Source: Gonapodya sp. JEL0774
Taxonomy: Eukaryota
NCBI GenBank assembly: GCA_027604505.1
Contig: JADIIX010000106.1
Span: 1-64,000 of the forward strand
DNA: 64,000 bases
Direction: 5' to 3'
Of the stretch, positions 12,068 to 30,881 are shown one piece after another. The translations under genes and the position numbers were made by a program. Position 1 is the first letter of the stretch; every line of letters starts with the position of its first letter. The notes under the pieces are model-generated. The model was not told the origin of the DNA, made no database searches, and saw only the letters and a program-made list of their open reading frames with translations.

Positions 12068-13531
12068 ATGTCAAGCAATCCCATTAGGCGATCAGAAAGA
12101 TTTTTAAAAAAAGTCTCAAGAAGAGAAAAGCTTTGGAGATGGTGCCCTCTCGGGACTTCACGCCTTGCCCGGGAAAGGTCTTTCCCCAAGTCACAAGAAG
12201 CGTCGAGTCACGTCAAAAGTTGACAAAAAGACAAGCGACAAAGCTGCTGCGAAGAAACTGGCACCTGTGGAATGTCTCCCGCCGGAGATTCTTGTCGAAG
12301 TCTTCAGGTGACGTCACTCCCTGCGGCGGGTTGACTACTATTTACTTTCGCATATCTTTCCATAATTTAGACTTCTTTTAAAGAGTTCAAGACAAGTGAT
12401 GAATCTTCTTCTGGTCAGCAAACGTTTCCGCGACGCAGTCTCGAATCACCCACTGTTCGCCGCAATCGCCGCAAAAATGGGACTCCATAAAAAGCCTGCG
12501 AACAAAACCTGGTTAGCACTATGTGCTCCAAAGCTCAAGAGTCACTGTTGGTCGTGCCATGGCATCTCGTCAGAGTATCAAGTTCTCATGACCGTCGTCG
12601 ACGACGAAGCGACACACAGGGAGTATGCTAGAATGTGTGCGACCTGCCGATACGCTAGAGGGGAACACTACCCCGAGCATACCTTTGAAAGGAGTGGGGG
12701 TATTGCCCGCAATGCTTCACAAAGAGAAAGGAAACTACATTTGCTCAACATGCTGCGTTCTCGGGGATTGGGTCTCCGAGCGGATTCCCGGCTCTGCATG
12801 TCCTACATTCAAAGTGGAATTGGAGATCCCCGTACGATCGTCGTTACCATGGAAGAAATGGACTGGTTCTTTGCGTGGGTTTTGGTACCTTTTGCAGATG
12901 CTCCCCCCTCTCCTCTATCTTTGTTATTTGCAGTTGCACCAACTATTCCTCTGCACGAGTTTTTTACGAGGACTACTCTGATTACGGAGATGAGTATGAT
13001 TCCTCTGGTGGCTACAACCGCTCCAGACGCCGGAAGTACGTGGACTCGGAGCACGGCAAAGAGGTTGCGCTCAACAAATGGGTTTCCAAACGTGTCTCTC
13101 GTGGGATATGGACATCTCCAGCCAACGATACGGACACAGACATGATGCCCCCTGAAAGTCTGTGGGACACTGTCGACAATCTCATACTAGAAAAAGGTGG
13201 TTGGTCCAGGTTAAAAGGAAAAGCTACAGAGCGTCTGCTTTGAGAGACCAACCCAGAGATCCCGTCCCTTCTGGGAGACACAAGCACTCAAAAATCCTCG
13301 ATGTTCTCCAACTTGGAGCCTTCGATGCTTCACTCAATGCTCACATTCGCTTTCCACGGCACCGCTGACGTTGTTGATACATCCGCTGCGTCGCTCTCTG
13401 GTCCAGACGGAGACCTCTACCACACACTCATGCGACGTCTGAGTGCAGATCCCATAGCTTTTGGACACAGATTTATACAGACACTGAATGAAGCCAGGAT
13501 TGCGGCCAAGATGTCGTCCTTTGCTCCATGA
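12068..13531 (+). pseudogene. F-box protein with LRADSRLC..YI domain; frameshift at A7 run 12106-12112 and in-frame TGA at 13241 (pseudogene or assembly error)
   Basis: F-box CLPPEILVEVF|...NLLLVSKRFR, CWSC/CATC cysteine pairs and GLRADSRLCMSYIQSG...MEEMDWFF. The F-box frame has no ATG of its own and is closed by TAA at the A run. Confidence 0.55.
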
Positions 13532-13852
13532 TCTGTCGGTATTAGATCATGGGCATTCACGATGCAACCTGTTAAGGACCATCTTTTCTCTCTGTTTAGT
13601 CTTTCATTTACATTGTAAGCTGGATCCGTCTCCTCGATTTTGATGTGACAATCATCATCTTTCTCGGTGCTTGGGTTTGCGCTTTCTTTTCTTCGTTACA
13701 ACCAACCCAATATCATCTGGAGCCCCCCGCATTCATCATCCAAGTTTAGTAGTTTTCATCACTCTTTCTCTAATAGAATTGATGTAATGTGCATATGCAG
13801 AGTGAAATAGTTGAACAGGGTCAAAATTTCTATAAGGTTTAATGTACCCTCT

Positions 13853-20689
<6,837 letters not shown>

Positions 20690-21094
20690 TTTGAAGTCCA
20701 AGAGCTGCCCGAGTCAACCAATCCGGGTACGAGGTTGAAACAGACAGAATCTTGAAGAAGTGATTGCAGTCGATTGCAGCTATTGCGATTTGATTTGTTC
20801 TCGGCGAATTCAGAACGCTCTTGTCCCAATTATATAAAATATGAAGGAAAAACTGGAAATGATACGCTCTCTGGCAGTTTTATATAGAGGGGGTTTGTAA
20901 ATCTCAGGGAAGCCGGGATCCTGGCAATCCTGCAGGGTGTGCATGGCGAGTGGGTTGCCAAGCTCCTCAAAGCTCCGATTTTCTGTTAAGTTTCATGGCG
21001 AAGTTGGAGATGATGGAACAGCAAATTTAATGCAAATTTGTCTTCTTGTCGAATTTGCAGTCACTCGGTGGTGTTCTGGCTGACGACAACTTGG

Positions 21095-21840
21095 TAACCC
21101 ATGGTCAAACGGCCAACAGCTTTTCAACATTATTGCGCATTCCATTTCATTTATTTATCGTGTAGACTTGCGTTTTTTGGTGCGAAAATCGAGAAAAGGA
21201 TGAAGCGAGAAAATATGTGTGCAAAGTGCAACGAAAATCAACATCATCCAAGAACCCTCCATCACCCGCGTAGCCTCCGCCATACCAGCTCTGCGGTACC
21301 TACCAGGTCCGATCTCCTTCTCTGCAACGTGTGGAGAGCTGTACCAGCTCCGTGTATCTACGGATGCGCAGATACTTGGCCACTAGAGGGTGCTGGCATA
21401 CTACTCCACACGCAGAGAGCAGACCGATCCAATTGAAAACTTCGGAAACAAGCAAGGCCTCTCCAAGCGAAGAATTCCGAGATGTAGGAAGCAAATCGGT
21501 ACCCGAGCGGTCGCGATAAGCGTCGACGGTGCGAAGGGAGAGGCAGTGCCCGAGCCATCACCCCTGACCCTCAACATCGAAAACGAAATATTTTGGAATT
21601 TCGACATGTTCTTTTGCACTATTTACTCATTTTTGGGGAAAGCATGGGGTATTGAAAATAAATGAGTGAAGCAGAATTCAGTTTTTGTGTTCATTTTCGT
21701 TGCACAACTATATGTAATTTTTTTCTTCGCTTTTCGTATTTGACCGATTTTCGTGGAAATGTGGCAAATTTTAAAGGAAAAGGAGTGAAATTTCACTCGC
21801 AATAATGTCTCGAAATCAGTGGCCGTTTGGTCATGGGTTA
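21095..21840. mobile_element. Putative non-autonomous DNA transposon (MITE-like), ~746 bp
   Basis: Inverted termini taacccatggtcaaacggcc and ggccgtttggtcatgggtta (18/20 match), both ending in TA. AT-rich subterminal arms surround a GC-richer core. A related end lies at 1-77. Confidence 0.65.
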
Positions 21841-21975
21841 GTTAGGAGAGTCCATTTTCGCACTGCCTTGTTTGTCCTAAAGAGACCATTCATCATTTAT
21901 TAAACTTCAATTACTGTTATGTACAAAGGCGACCTAGCGAAAGAATACATGGACATGCAAAGCCATACATTATTC

Positions 21976-24900
21976 CTAAACTCCACGGAAATCAGAGACT
22001 CCCAGCTCCTCTTCTCTTTGCCTCTTCTTTAGCTGCCTCTGTGCAAGTCGTTGCTCGTACGTAGTGTATCCCTGCACAAATTTAAATATTCTCAATATTT
22101 ACGAAACGAAACTCTGAGTGATGCATAAACGCGTTCAATACTCACTGGAATGACTTGACCCCATCTTTCGTCCTGCGGCCTCGACGGTGCTTGAAAAGTA
22201 CCCTGTGGTCGTCCCGGTCCCTGCATGCCCATGCCCATTTGCATGGGACCACCCATCATCACGTCCATTGGCCCACCGGGCATCCCCATCATCATGTCCA
22301 TCGGACCCATCGGCATCCCCATCGGCATCCCCATCGGCATTCCCATCGGCATGCCCATACCCATTCCCATGCCCATACCCATTCCCATTCCCATTCCCGG
22401 TCCCATCGTTGGACCCATTCCCATCCCCATCCCCATCCCCATCGGCCCCATGAATCCGGGCATACCCATCCCCATGGGCATGCCCATTCCCATTCCCATT
22501 CCCATCCCTGGTGCCATTCCAGGACCCATGAAACCACCAGGGCCACCCATGCCCATGGGCATACCCACGTCCATTCCCATGGCCGCGTTCGCAGATCCCG
22601 GTCCAATTTGCCCCGTCGGCCGAGCGACTCCTTCCGTCTGGGCTGGTCGGCCAGGACCTTGGGCGATCGGTGCCATTGCTGACGCCGAAGGAGCAGCAGT
22701 TCCGTTTGGTTGTTGAGTTGGTGCAGGAGCGGCGGTGGGACGAGTAGGTGCAGCCGCAGACGAAGTGGGTGTTGACTTCCCAGACTTCTCATCTTTTGTC
22801 GTCTTCGACTCGTCTGTTTTGATCTTTTTCAGAGGAGGTTCGCCCGATACTACAGCTGCCTCTACTGGAGCCTTCGCAATGGGTTGGCTTGTGGAAAGTC
22901 CCTTTTTGTGGTCGCCCTCTGTGCTCTCCTTTTTCTCAGCATAATCCCTGAGATGCTTTTCCACAGCAGATCTCAGAGCGCGGTTGGGGTGGAGACGATC
23001 GGGTTGCATCGGTTCATAGCCGCAGTTGGGACATGTGAGTGCTGGCGTTCCGTTGAGGAGCCGGTCGCGAATGCCTGGGGGGATGGCAGCAATTGTCGAG
23101 GTATAACCACTGTATTTGCACGTCGCATCAAGACAACTCAAGCTCATCACAGACGTACATTCATCGCAATAACTCATTCCACAACACGGAATCAACACCG
23201 CATCCCTCAGAAGACGATGACAGATGGCACATTCCAACTCCTTGGGGACGGGAGCCTCGTCCCACACATCTTTCCAGTCGATCTTCCCGGCATGCTTTAC
23301 CGCCGCTTGTCGTGAAAACTCGGCCTCGTTCGGACGCAGGACTACAAGCTCGCCGGTTTGTGTCACCATAACACCGCCTTGACCTTTGGAGGCAGCATCC
23401 CGATCGTGTACCACTTTAAGGAAAGAGCGAGGAATGCCTGTGGTCTTCTTGAGCAAAGGCTTATCATCGAAGGTTTTGTCACCCAGAGTTGGGCAGTTCG
23501 CGATCCAGTGGCCTGGTGTTACCGTTTACCGTAAAAGGGTGGTTATCAAGAGAACGAGAAGGAGCACAGCATCAGATATACGCGAGAAAAAACATTCAAC
23601 TACTACACGATAAAAACTAGTATACATAAACCCACCTCCTTCACCACCCTTCTGCCCACATCTATAGCAAATATACGTTTCGGGTGGTGGTCTTTCGGAA
23701 TACTCGTAACCGTATCCCCCATTCACACCGCCTTGGGGTCCACCATATCCAAAACTCGGCGGGCGACCAGAACCTGCTTGAGTGTGCGGCGGTACGACAG
23801 GGGCACCTGCAGCACCGTTTGTGGCAGAGGGAGGTGGTCGTGGACGGAAGGACGGACGCGTAGAAACAACGAATTTCCGCCTGAACGAGAAAAGGTGGAG
23901 CTGCAATCTTGAAATCGAGATCAGAACGTGTAGATCACTCACTTTGCTAAATCTTCCTCAGTCGCCGCCCACATTTGCTCGCTGGCTTTCAGAAACATGG
24001 CCACTTCATCATCGTCTGCACCTGTATCTTCTTCTTTTACCTCGCCGTCATCGGTAATCGTTGAAGAGTTACCATCTTCCCCACCACGGCCGCTCGAGGA
24101 GTGGCCACCTAAACCAGGCAACCCCAGCCCAGGGAGTCCATCATTCTCAGCAATGTCAGTCTTAACATCAACTTTCGCTCCGTCCGAAGTGGGCGTTGGG
24201 GTGGCGCCACGATCTCTTGCTGGACTTATCCTCCTCATCGGCACGACGCCTATCGCCATGCCACCGCCCATTACAGCTTGGAGACCCTCCTTGTCCCTGA
24301 CGGATCCAATTCCGTCCTGGACATCTCTTTTCCAGTCATTTTCACGTGTTACGGCATCTCTCTGAGCTCCACCGGACGATGCAGTCGAAATTCGAGAACC
24401 CCCGCGCAACTGAGGTCCGGCTGCTGCACCGGCAAGGTAGCGAGCAAGAGTTCCTCGACCTTTTCCTTGCGCGGGGGGCTGTCGAATGGCGAGAATAGAA
24501 GTGCCACGCGGTAGGGACTCGGCGTCATCAGTGTACTCTGGAAGAACAAGGAATTTGGATTTGCGTTGACAAAGGGGCGAAAGAAAGGACATCTACGTTA
24601 GTACATGAGATCTCTTCAAACAACCAAATAACATGCGCAGCAGTGGGTATTGCGAGGGAAGGGCAAGAGGCAAACGTCGTTGAAACACTTCGTTAACAGG
24701 TAGGGTGCGCAAATGGGAAGCTGAAGGCAATGTGGACAGAGGATTCCACACTCAAAGGTCATGGAGCGAAAGAAGACCAGTCCAAAAGACATTCTGGGCC
24801 GTCGTGTCAGAGTAATCGAGATGTACGCCATAATTCGATTCAACTTGAACTTCATAGAAAGAGTCCTGGAGGGAGGTGGCGGATGGTCCCGTCCGGTCCG

Positions 24901-25533
24901 TGACACATCCACATTCAAAAAGCCATATAAAGGTATGTGTTCGAATCTATTGGGAGCTGAGAAGCTACGCTAATGGATTTGTACATCAAGGAGAAAACGA
25001 CCAAAAGATCCCCGGCCCAGGAGCGAGATGAAAGCAAGCAGATGTCTTCAGGTCATCTACTTGAGTAGCAAAGCGCTATTTCCAGTCGAAGATTCTCTCT
25101 GCAGTTCGCGTGACCATTTTTCATTTGCTTTCCAGAAAAGGATCGATTACGAAAGTGGCTGAGACATTCAGAAACGGCCGTGGTAGGATCCTCGAGCGAT
25201 AGCGTAGGTGCTTGCTTATTGGGCTATCAAATTTGGATAGACTCTCTGGGTGGACAATTGTGATGGCTCCCCTCGCCTCGACTGCGCAAAGTGTGACCAC
25301 ATGTTCCTCGACCTCCCTTGCCCAGCGCAAGCTGCTGGCATCACAGATGAGTATGAACACCTATTCTCACCTTGCTCGGTATGAGCGTTGTAAATGACGA
25401 GGTCGAAATCTCCCTTCAGTTTCGCTCGTGCGGCAATTTCACTCTTCACATCAAACACGGGAAGCGACGTTCCATCGAACGTCAGTGCCGAGTAGCCAGT
25501 CTCACTCTTGAACTTGTAGTGTATGACTGACAT
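21976..25533 (-). CDS. MPE1: Mpe1/RBBP6 cleavage and polyadenylation factor (DWNN, zinc knuckle, RING)
   Basis: MSVIHYKFKS...FDG (DWNN), YICYRCGQK|GHWIANCPT (knuckle), KKTTGIPRSFL, CAICHRLLRDAVLIPCCGMSYCDEC...CPNC (RING), Met/Gly/Pro-rich tail. Confidence 0.92.
22240..22580 (-). repeat. Low-complexity coding repeat (ATGGGA/ATGCCC-type) encoding (GM)n and (GMPM)n in the Mpe1 C-terminus
   Basis: cccatt/cccatc/cccatg hexamer arrays on the plus strand. Confidence 0.85.
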
Positions 25534-25768
25534 AGCGAAAGGTGACGATGGTTGTGGGAATCAGTGAAATTTCGACTAGAATAAGGATTCCACTTCATCC
25601 GCACTGGCCTTAGCCGTGTTAGTTGTATGCCATGCCCAATACAAAGCCAACTCTTGTCCTTCCACCGCATATTGTTGATGAACGAATGTCCTCGGGTTCA
25701 TCAATTTCATCAAGGAGTATTATCGATCAAACAGTATTAAATAGTTTATTTGCAGTCATCGAAGAAGA

Positions 25769-27595
25769 TCAAACTCCCTTATTAAACCACACTTGGTCTA
25801 CCCCCTTATTCTGAAACTCCTCCTCCACACTCGCTACAGCCACACTACCCCTCTGCGGGAAAATCCCCACGGCCATGGGAAACGCGAACTGCAGACATGC
25901 ACCGATCACCGCCATTTCCACGCCTATGGCAGCCATTGGGGCGCGCATGAGACTCGCAGTGAGCTTTGAGGTATGGAAAAAGTCCATGATAAAAGGGGGT
26001 AGGAAGAGGATGGGAAGGGGGAGAACGGCCCGAGTGAGAGCAATTTGGGAGAGGGAATGAACAGCGGCGAGGCGGGAGGTGCCGAGAGGGTTGTTGTCGG
26101 CGTCGTAAACGGTGATACCATCGACGCTATTTGTTGCGAGCCGATCGGTGTCCGGTACAATGTTTGCAGTGTTGGACAGAGAGGGGCGAAAGTGAATTAC
26201 AACAGTTCCGGACTTGACGGGCCAACCTCAACTCACGCCTCCTTATACCGCATCGCAAGAGCATTGGCTACACCAGCACTCGCTACTGCAAACCAAGGCT
26301 GCACAGAGTCGATGTCGCGTTGGGGAGGAGGTAAGTCATCCGTACCATCGCTCAGAGCAAATACTTGTGTGTTCCGCCACGCACCATGGCTCTCATAACA
26401 ACTCTCAAGCCAATCGGCTGCGCATAGGCTGGGAGGACAGCACCCGTTGGGCTGCGAATAGCGAGGCGGTCCTAAGTGCAACAGAGGTACATGTTTGTCA
26501 GGGGTCAGAAGGCCCAGGAAGGAAAGCACTCGACAACGCAACATCCTTGCAATTCCAGTACTTTAAACGAGCACCAGGTCAGCAGTTTGTGCAGACGGAC
26601 TAGCTCTTGCTGTTCTTCGACCGTTTTTTGGAGTACCCTATTAGTTTGGCGGTCACAGAGTCTCATCAAGCACGATTGGCTCCAAGATTAAATTCAACCT
26701 ATGGTTTTCACATTCTCCGGCACTTTGGTAAGGTTCTTGTGACACCGACCTGACAACATTTGTCAAGACACACTTGTTTTGGGTGTCTGCACATTGTGCC
26801 CGCTCACCTGGAGCTTTCCCACAACCTTGCCACCACCCCAAGCAATCCCAACCGCAGTCCCACTAGCCACGACGTAGCTCATCGCTACATCCTTCATGCT
26901 GGTTTCCACACTGGCGTTCCTGTTGGCATAATTGAACCCGGCGTTGTAGGACTGGTTGACCCACTGCCAGAAGAGTTGAGTGGGTCCAGGTGGAGACGAA
27001 AGCATGCCGAGAATGATGGGGAGGTTTGAGGGGGTAAAGAAGGACATACGGAAAGGTAAGGGAATGGGGAGGCCTTTCGGGTTATCGACAATGATGATGA
27101 TATGTGTCAGAACCAAGACGCATGTGCAAGAATTAAATTATAAGAGGCACCTGTATCGGGGTGAATGACTGCGTCGACCGTGTTCTTTGCTTTGAACAGT
27201 TGGTCTTTCGTGACGCCAGCGGGCAAGGTGCCTGTAGTCTTGAACTGTGTCAGCATGGATTGTGCTCTTCGAGTCACGCGACGGATCACGCATACGGAGA
27301 GTACGCGGTGAAACAGAAGAGTTTGAATGGTGGTGGGCGCCAAAGATTGTGCTTACGGACTCACGAATTCAGCTCACTTCCCGAAATCATTATGTTCCGT
27401 GGATCGACCAAATCCATAAAGTGCCTCACGCGGCCGCTGTAGGTGCGGAGATCGTGCCTGGAGCCATCTGTCACAGTGATATCAGGTTTCGAACGGGGAA
27501 AACGTTGAGAGGAGCGCTATGAACCAGAGATGTCCGCTGCGAATCTCACCTAGGCTGAATGAAGTCTCTGGTTTTTCGCCATCGCCACCCATCAT
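25769..27595 (-). CDS. FSF1: Sideroflexin (mitochondrial tricarboxylate/serine carrier)
   Basis: RHDLRTYSGRVRHFMDLVDPR, AVIHPDTG, PFRMSFFTPSN, FWQWVNQSYNAGFNYANRNAS, PWFAVASAGVANALAMR, GIFPQ and WFNKGV*. Confidence 0.92.
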
Positions 27596-27873
27596 TGGTC
27601 TCTCGCGATTGAGGACCAAATTTGTTTCCCTCGTCTAATACAGGAACCTGGGAGGTATTTTGCCGTTGAACCGACATGGGATCCCTCCCAAATAACTGCA
27701 ATTAATTTAACTCTGTTCATTAAGAAAACTTGGTTACGCAAGTAGTGAAGCCCATATCATATTCGCAGAAAGTTCCGTGAGAGGTGTTGGGTAGTTCAAA
27801 AGGACGAACAAAGTTCCACAGGGTGTCTCATAAATACTCTTGGGTAACATCAACTTAAATCTAGTCCTATCTC

Positions 27874-30443
27874 TCACACGATCAAGGACCAGCAAGGGCG
27901 GCATCTGTGCGAACCGCTTTGATTGTAGGAGGAGCCAACACACTCCCAGTGGTCAAAACTCTTTTCTGATTTGATAACTCCTTGTTCTCTGTCAAATGAG
28001 AATCAAACGATCAACTAAAATGGTTCATCAATAACTTTTGGTTCTCTTGCAAAGACCTACGTTTTAAGCTGCTCGCGAAGATTTTCAACATTGAGAGAAA
28101 ATGCGACAGTGTCTCCTGCACTTCCGTGATGAGCGTAAACTTTTTGAGAGACCCGTCTCTCACAGCAGTGAAATCGAATTTGGTGGCTAATTGGATCAAC
28201 GTGTCGGGAACACATGATTTGCTTGTATCTTCGGATGTGAGGTAAAGCGTGTCGACAAACCTTTCGCGATGATGCCAATCATGGATCGCAACGGTACAGC
28301 TATGAAGATCTCGGTAAAAATGGCCGATAGCACCGACATGGTAACAACGATCGCCACCGCTTGGCAACGGAACAGAACGTTTCTGTCACTCGGAATTCGG
28401 TTCGGATATCCTGTCTCCTCACAAACGCACCTGCACCAATTACGTAATTTTGAGTCTGTGAGAAGCGATTGTCCAATCTGCTCTTCAAGTTTTCTGTTCC
28501 TTGTAGGTAATCGGATGCGGGCTTTGGGATTGGAAGCTTTGTTCGATCCTTGCAATCGATACCATCGAACTAGGTGACTTACCGCGCCAGAAACCAGAAT
28601 CCACTTGTAGTTCGCCTTGTAATAAGAAGTTACTTGGAAGAGATAGTTTTCCACACTGAACTGAGCGTCAGCGAAGTTGGAGGTCAAATCGCGCCCCGCA
28701 TACTGGTAAATTGTCGCAGCCGAAACGTTCAACAATGGGTATTGGCTTTTTGGGAAATCCCAAATGCTTTTTATGGTAGGAGGGGAACCGATGAGCAGTT
28801 GCTAGAGTGAAATTTACATTAGTGAGAGCACCGGAGCGCAAAATGTAAACCCGGAGATCTCACTGTGGCATTTGAACCCAATCCCGACATGCCTAAGACC
28901 GCACCTTCGGGAGAAATCAAGTACGACAGAGTGTTATTTGTGGACACACCCTAAGAATGGAACTTAAGCTTGGTGTGAGAAAGGAGCACAGTGCATAGCA
29001 GAACAAACCATGCTATCCAAAACGGAAGACAGCGAGTAAACAGAGAATGAAAATCCACCTCCCGCGACCCATTGTCCCGAGCTGTTGTAGATCGGATAGC
29101 TTATTGTCTGCACGATGGACAAGAACACCGTGACATAAGCAGGTGTGAAATAGATCTGCCCCGCAGGTTGGTTTTTGAGCCACCAGTTCCTAGTCCACGC
29201 TTTGTACTCTGTGGCTGTCTGTGAAAATGAAGTTGTGAGTCCTTCTGGCAGAGATTGATGCTCGAGGTTTGATTGAATCTCACAGTGTCAAGAAGTATCC
29301 CAGCACTTGATGTAGTGCTACGAGCAAAAGTTTCGCTCAGACATTCGCCTTCACAAGGCAGCACTTAAGACCCACTCATTGTAGTAATATTTCTGAAGTT
29401 TTCCGTTGGTACTTCGGACTGGGCACACATTCTGACAGGTCTTGTTCTTGGCATAGTATAGGACCAAATACTGGAGCGGAGCTTTCGGATCATACGCTAG
29501 AAATGTGTTGAAAAAATGTTGGATCTGGGAGCCAAGTAGAGTGAAAACAAGAAGAAGGAGTCGTACGAACTGAAGTTAGCGTAGCTGGACAAGATGGGCC
29601 CGATTCCGAGCTGCTCCATGGTGTCATTGTTGTACCAGCTGTACGTGTATAGATTTTCACCGACGAGTGACGCTTGATCTCGCAAGAATACGATCGATCG
29701 GCTTGGAAATGGTGGAGGGGAGTTGCGTTAATGAAGCCTGAACTGTTCGTCTTCCCCCGTCTCTAGACGTCCAATCGCATCCTCGAGAAGATTCCTTAGG
29801 GGAGTTTGCGTTAATGAAGCCTGAACTGTTCGTCTTCTCCCGTCTCTAGACGCCCAATCGCATCCTCGAGAAGATTTCTTCAGCCCAATCAATACGGATG
29901 TAAAACTCACTCGAAATCATTAGAGTCAGCAAATCCCCGCTGAAAGAACTTGGTTGTCGTGTTGCAAATCCCGCTAATCTATAGAGAGCAGCCTCTGAGA
30001 GGTCAAGGCTAGCGGGGGACCAGGGAGTCCTGCATTGCAAACCTTGTCCAAGTAGTTTGCGATATGGTTTCGGATTGCCACAGAGGCATCTTTCTGAATT
30101 TTTGTTGCGAGCAAATTGACATCAGAAGTCCCTTGAGCGATAGCGTCATCATTGCTGGCTTTGGAAGAGATTGTAGTGAGAGCGATGAGAACAACTGCGA
30201 CAAGGGCAACGCTAACAACAGTCATGAGGAAAGAGATCAAGCGTTATTGGAGGTGAGCGGATGTCAGTCGACGCTTGCAGGTACTAACTTCAGTACTATC
30301 ATAATGATTATCACAGATCTTAGTGGAAGGTCGCATCTCCTCCTCGGAGTATTATCAGCTTCGGACTGCTCGCTGACAGCACTCTGATTCTCTGTTGCAG
30401 ATGAAGGACCCTGATGCGATGAAGTTGCGGAGAGCGTGGACAT
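27874..30443 (-). CDS. Two-TM membrane sensor-like protein (probable extracellular Cache domain plus HAMP-like segment, no catalytic output domain)
   Basis: TM1 (ISFLMTVVSVALVAVVLIALTTI), ~300-aa extracellular region, TM2 (AVAIVVTMSVLSAIFTEIFIAVPL), then PLRSM...ATKFDF...ITEVQETLSHFLSMLKIFASSLK|QNKEL and a short tail. Confidence 0.55.
29716..29880. repeat. Tandem duplication of ~82-83 bp, two copies, inside a predicted intron
   Basis: ggggagtt(t)gcgttaatgaagcctgaactgttcgtcttc.cccgtctctagacg.ccaatcgcatcctcgagaagatt.ctt occurs twice with about 4 differences. Confidence 0.9.
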
Positions 30444-30881
30444 TATTGGTCTCGATATTGCTTGTGATTCGTTTTGAAGGCAAAGGACTGCGATGAGTTC
30501 TGGTGCGAGTCTGATGGGCGGGGCCTGCCGATCCATCACCCCTGCCCGCTCACTACCCTGGATCTGCCTGCCATATCTTACTATTATAAAACCAAAACGA
30601 TGCATCACAAAATTCTATCTCCTTGTCTTGAGTTCAAAAGGCATTTACATAAGACGTCAATCTCTCGTTTAAACAAAGAATCAATCCTCTCACAGTCTAT
30701 AGAGCAGAAATTCTATTCAGCCTTCAGTCGAATATTCGGGAGATCAAGCAGAATTCGTTTTTGTTACGTTGCGTATCTGTAACAAATTGTGTCATTGCAT
30801 AGTAACTCTTACAGCACTCGCGGCCAACTTGATTTTCCCGCGGATCCCCTCGCCTTTCACGGCAGATTTGAGCAATCGCTG

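Noticed and set aside
22155..22792. His-rich, (PI)n and (WE)n ORFs
   Set aside because: These are antisense or off-frame shadows of the Mpe1 GM repeat.
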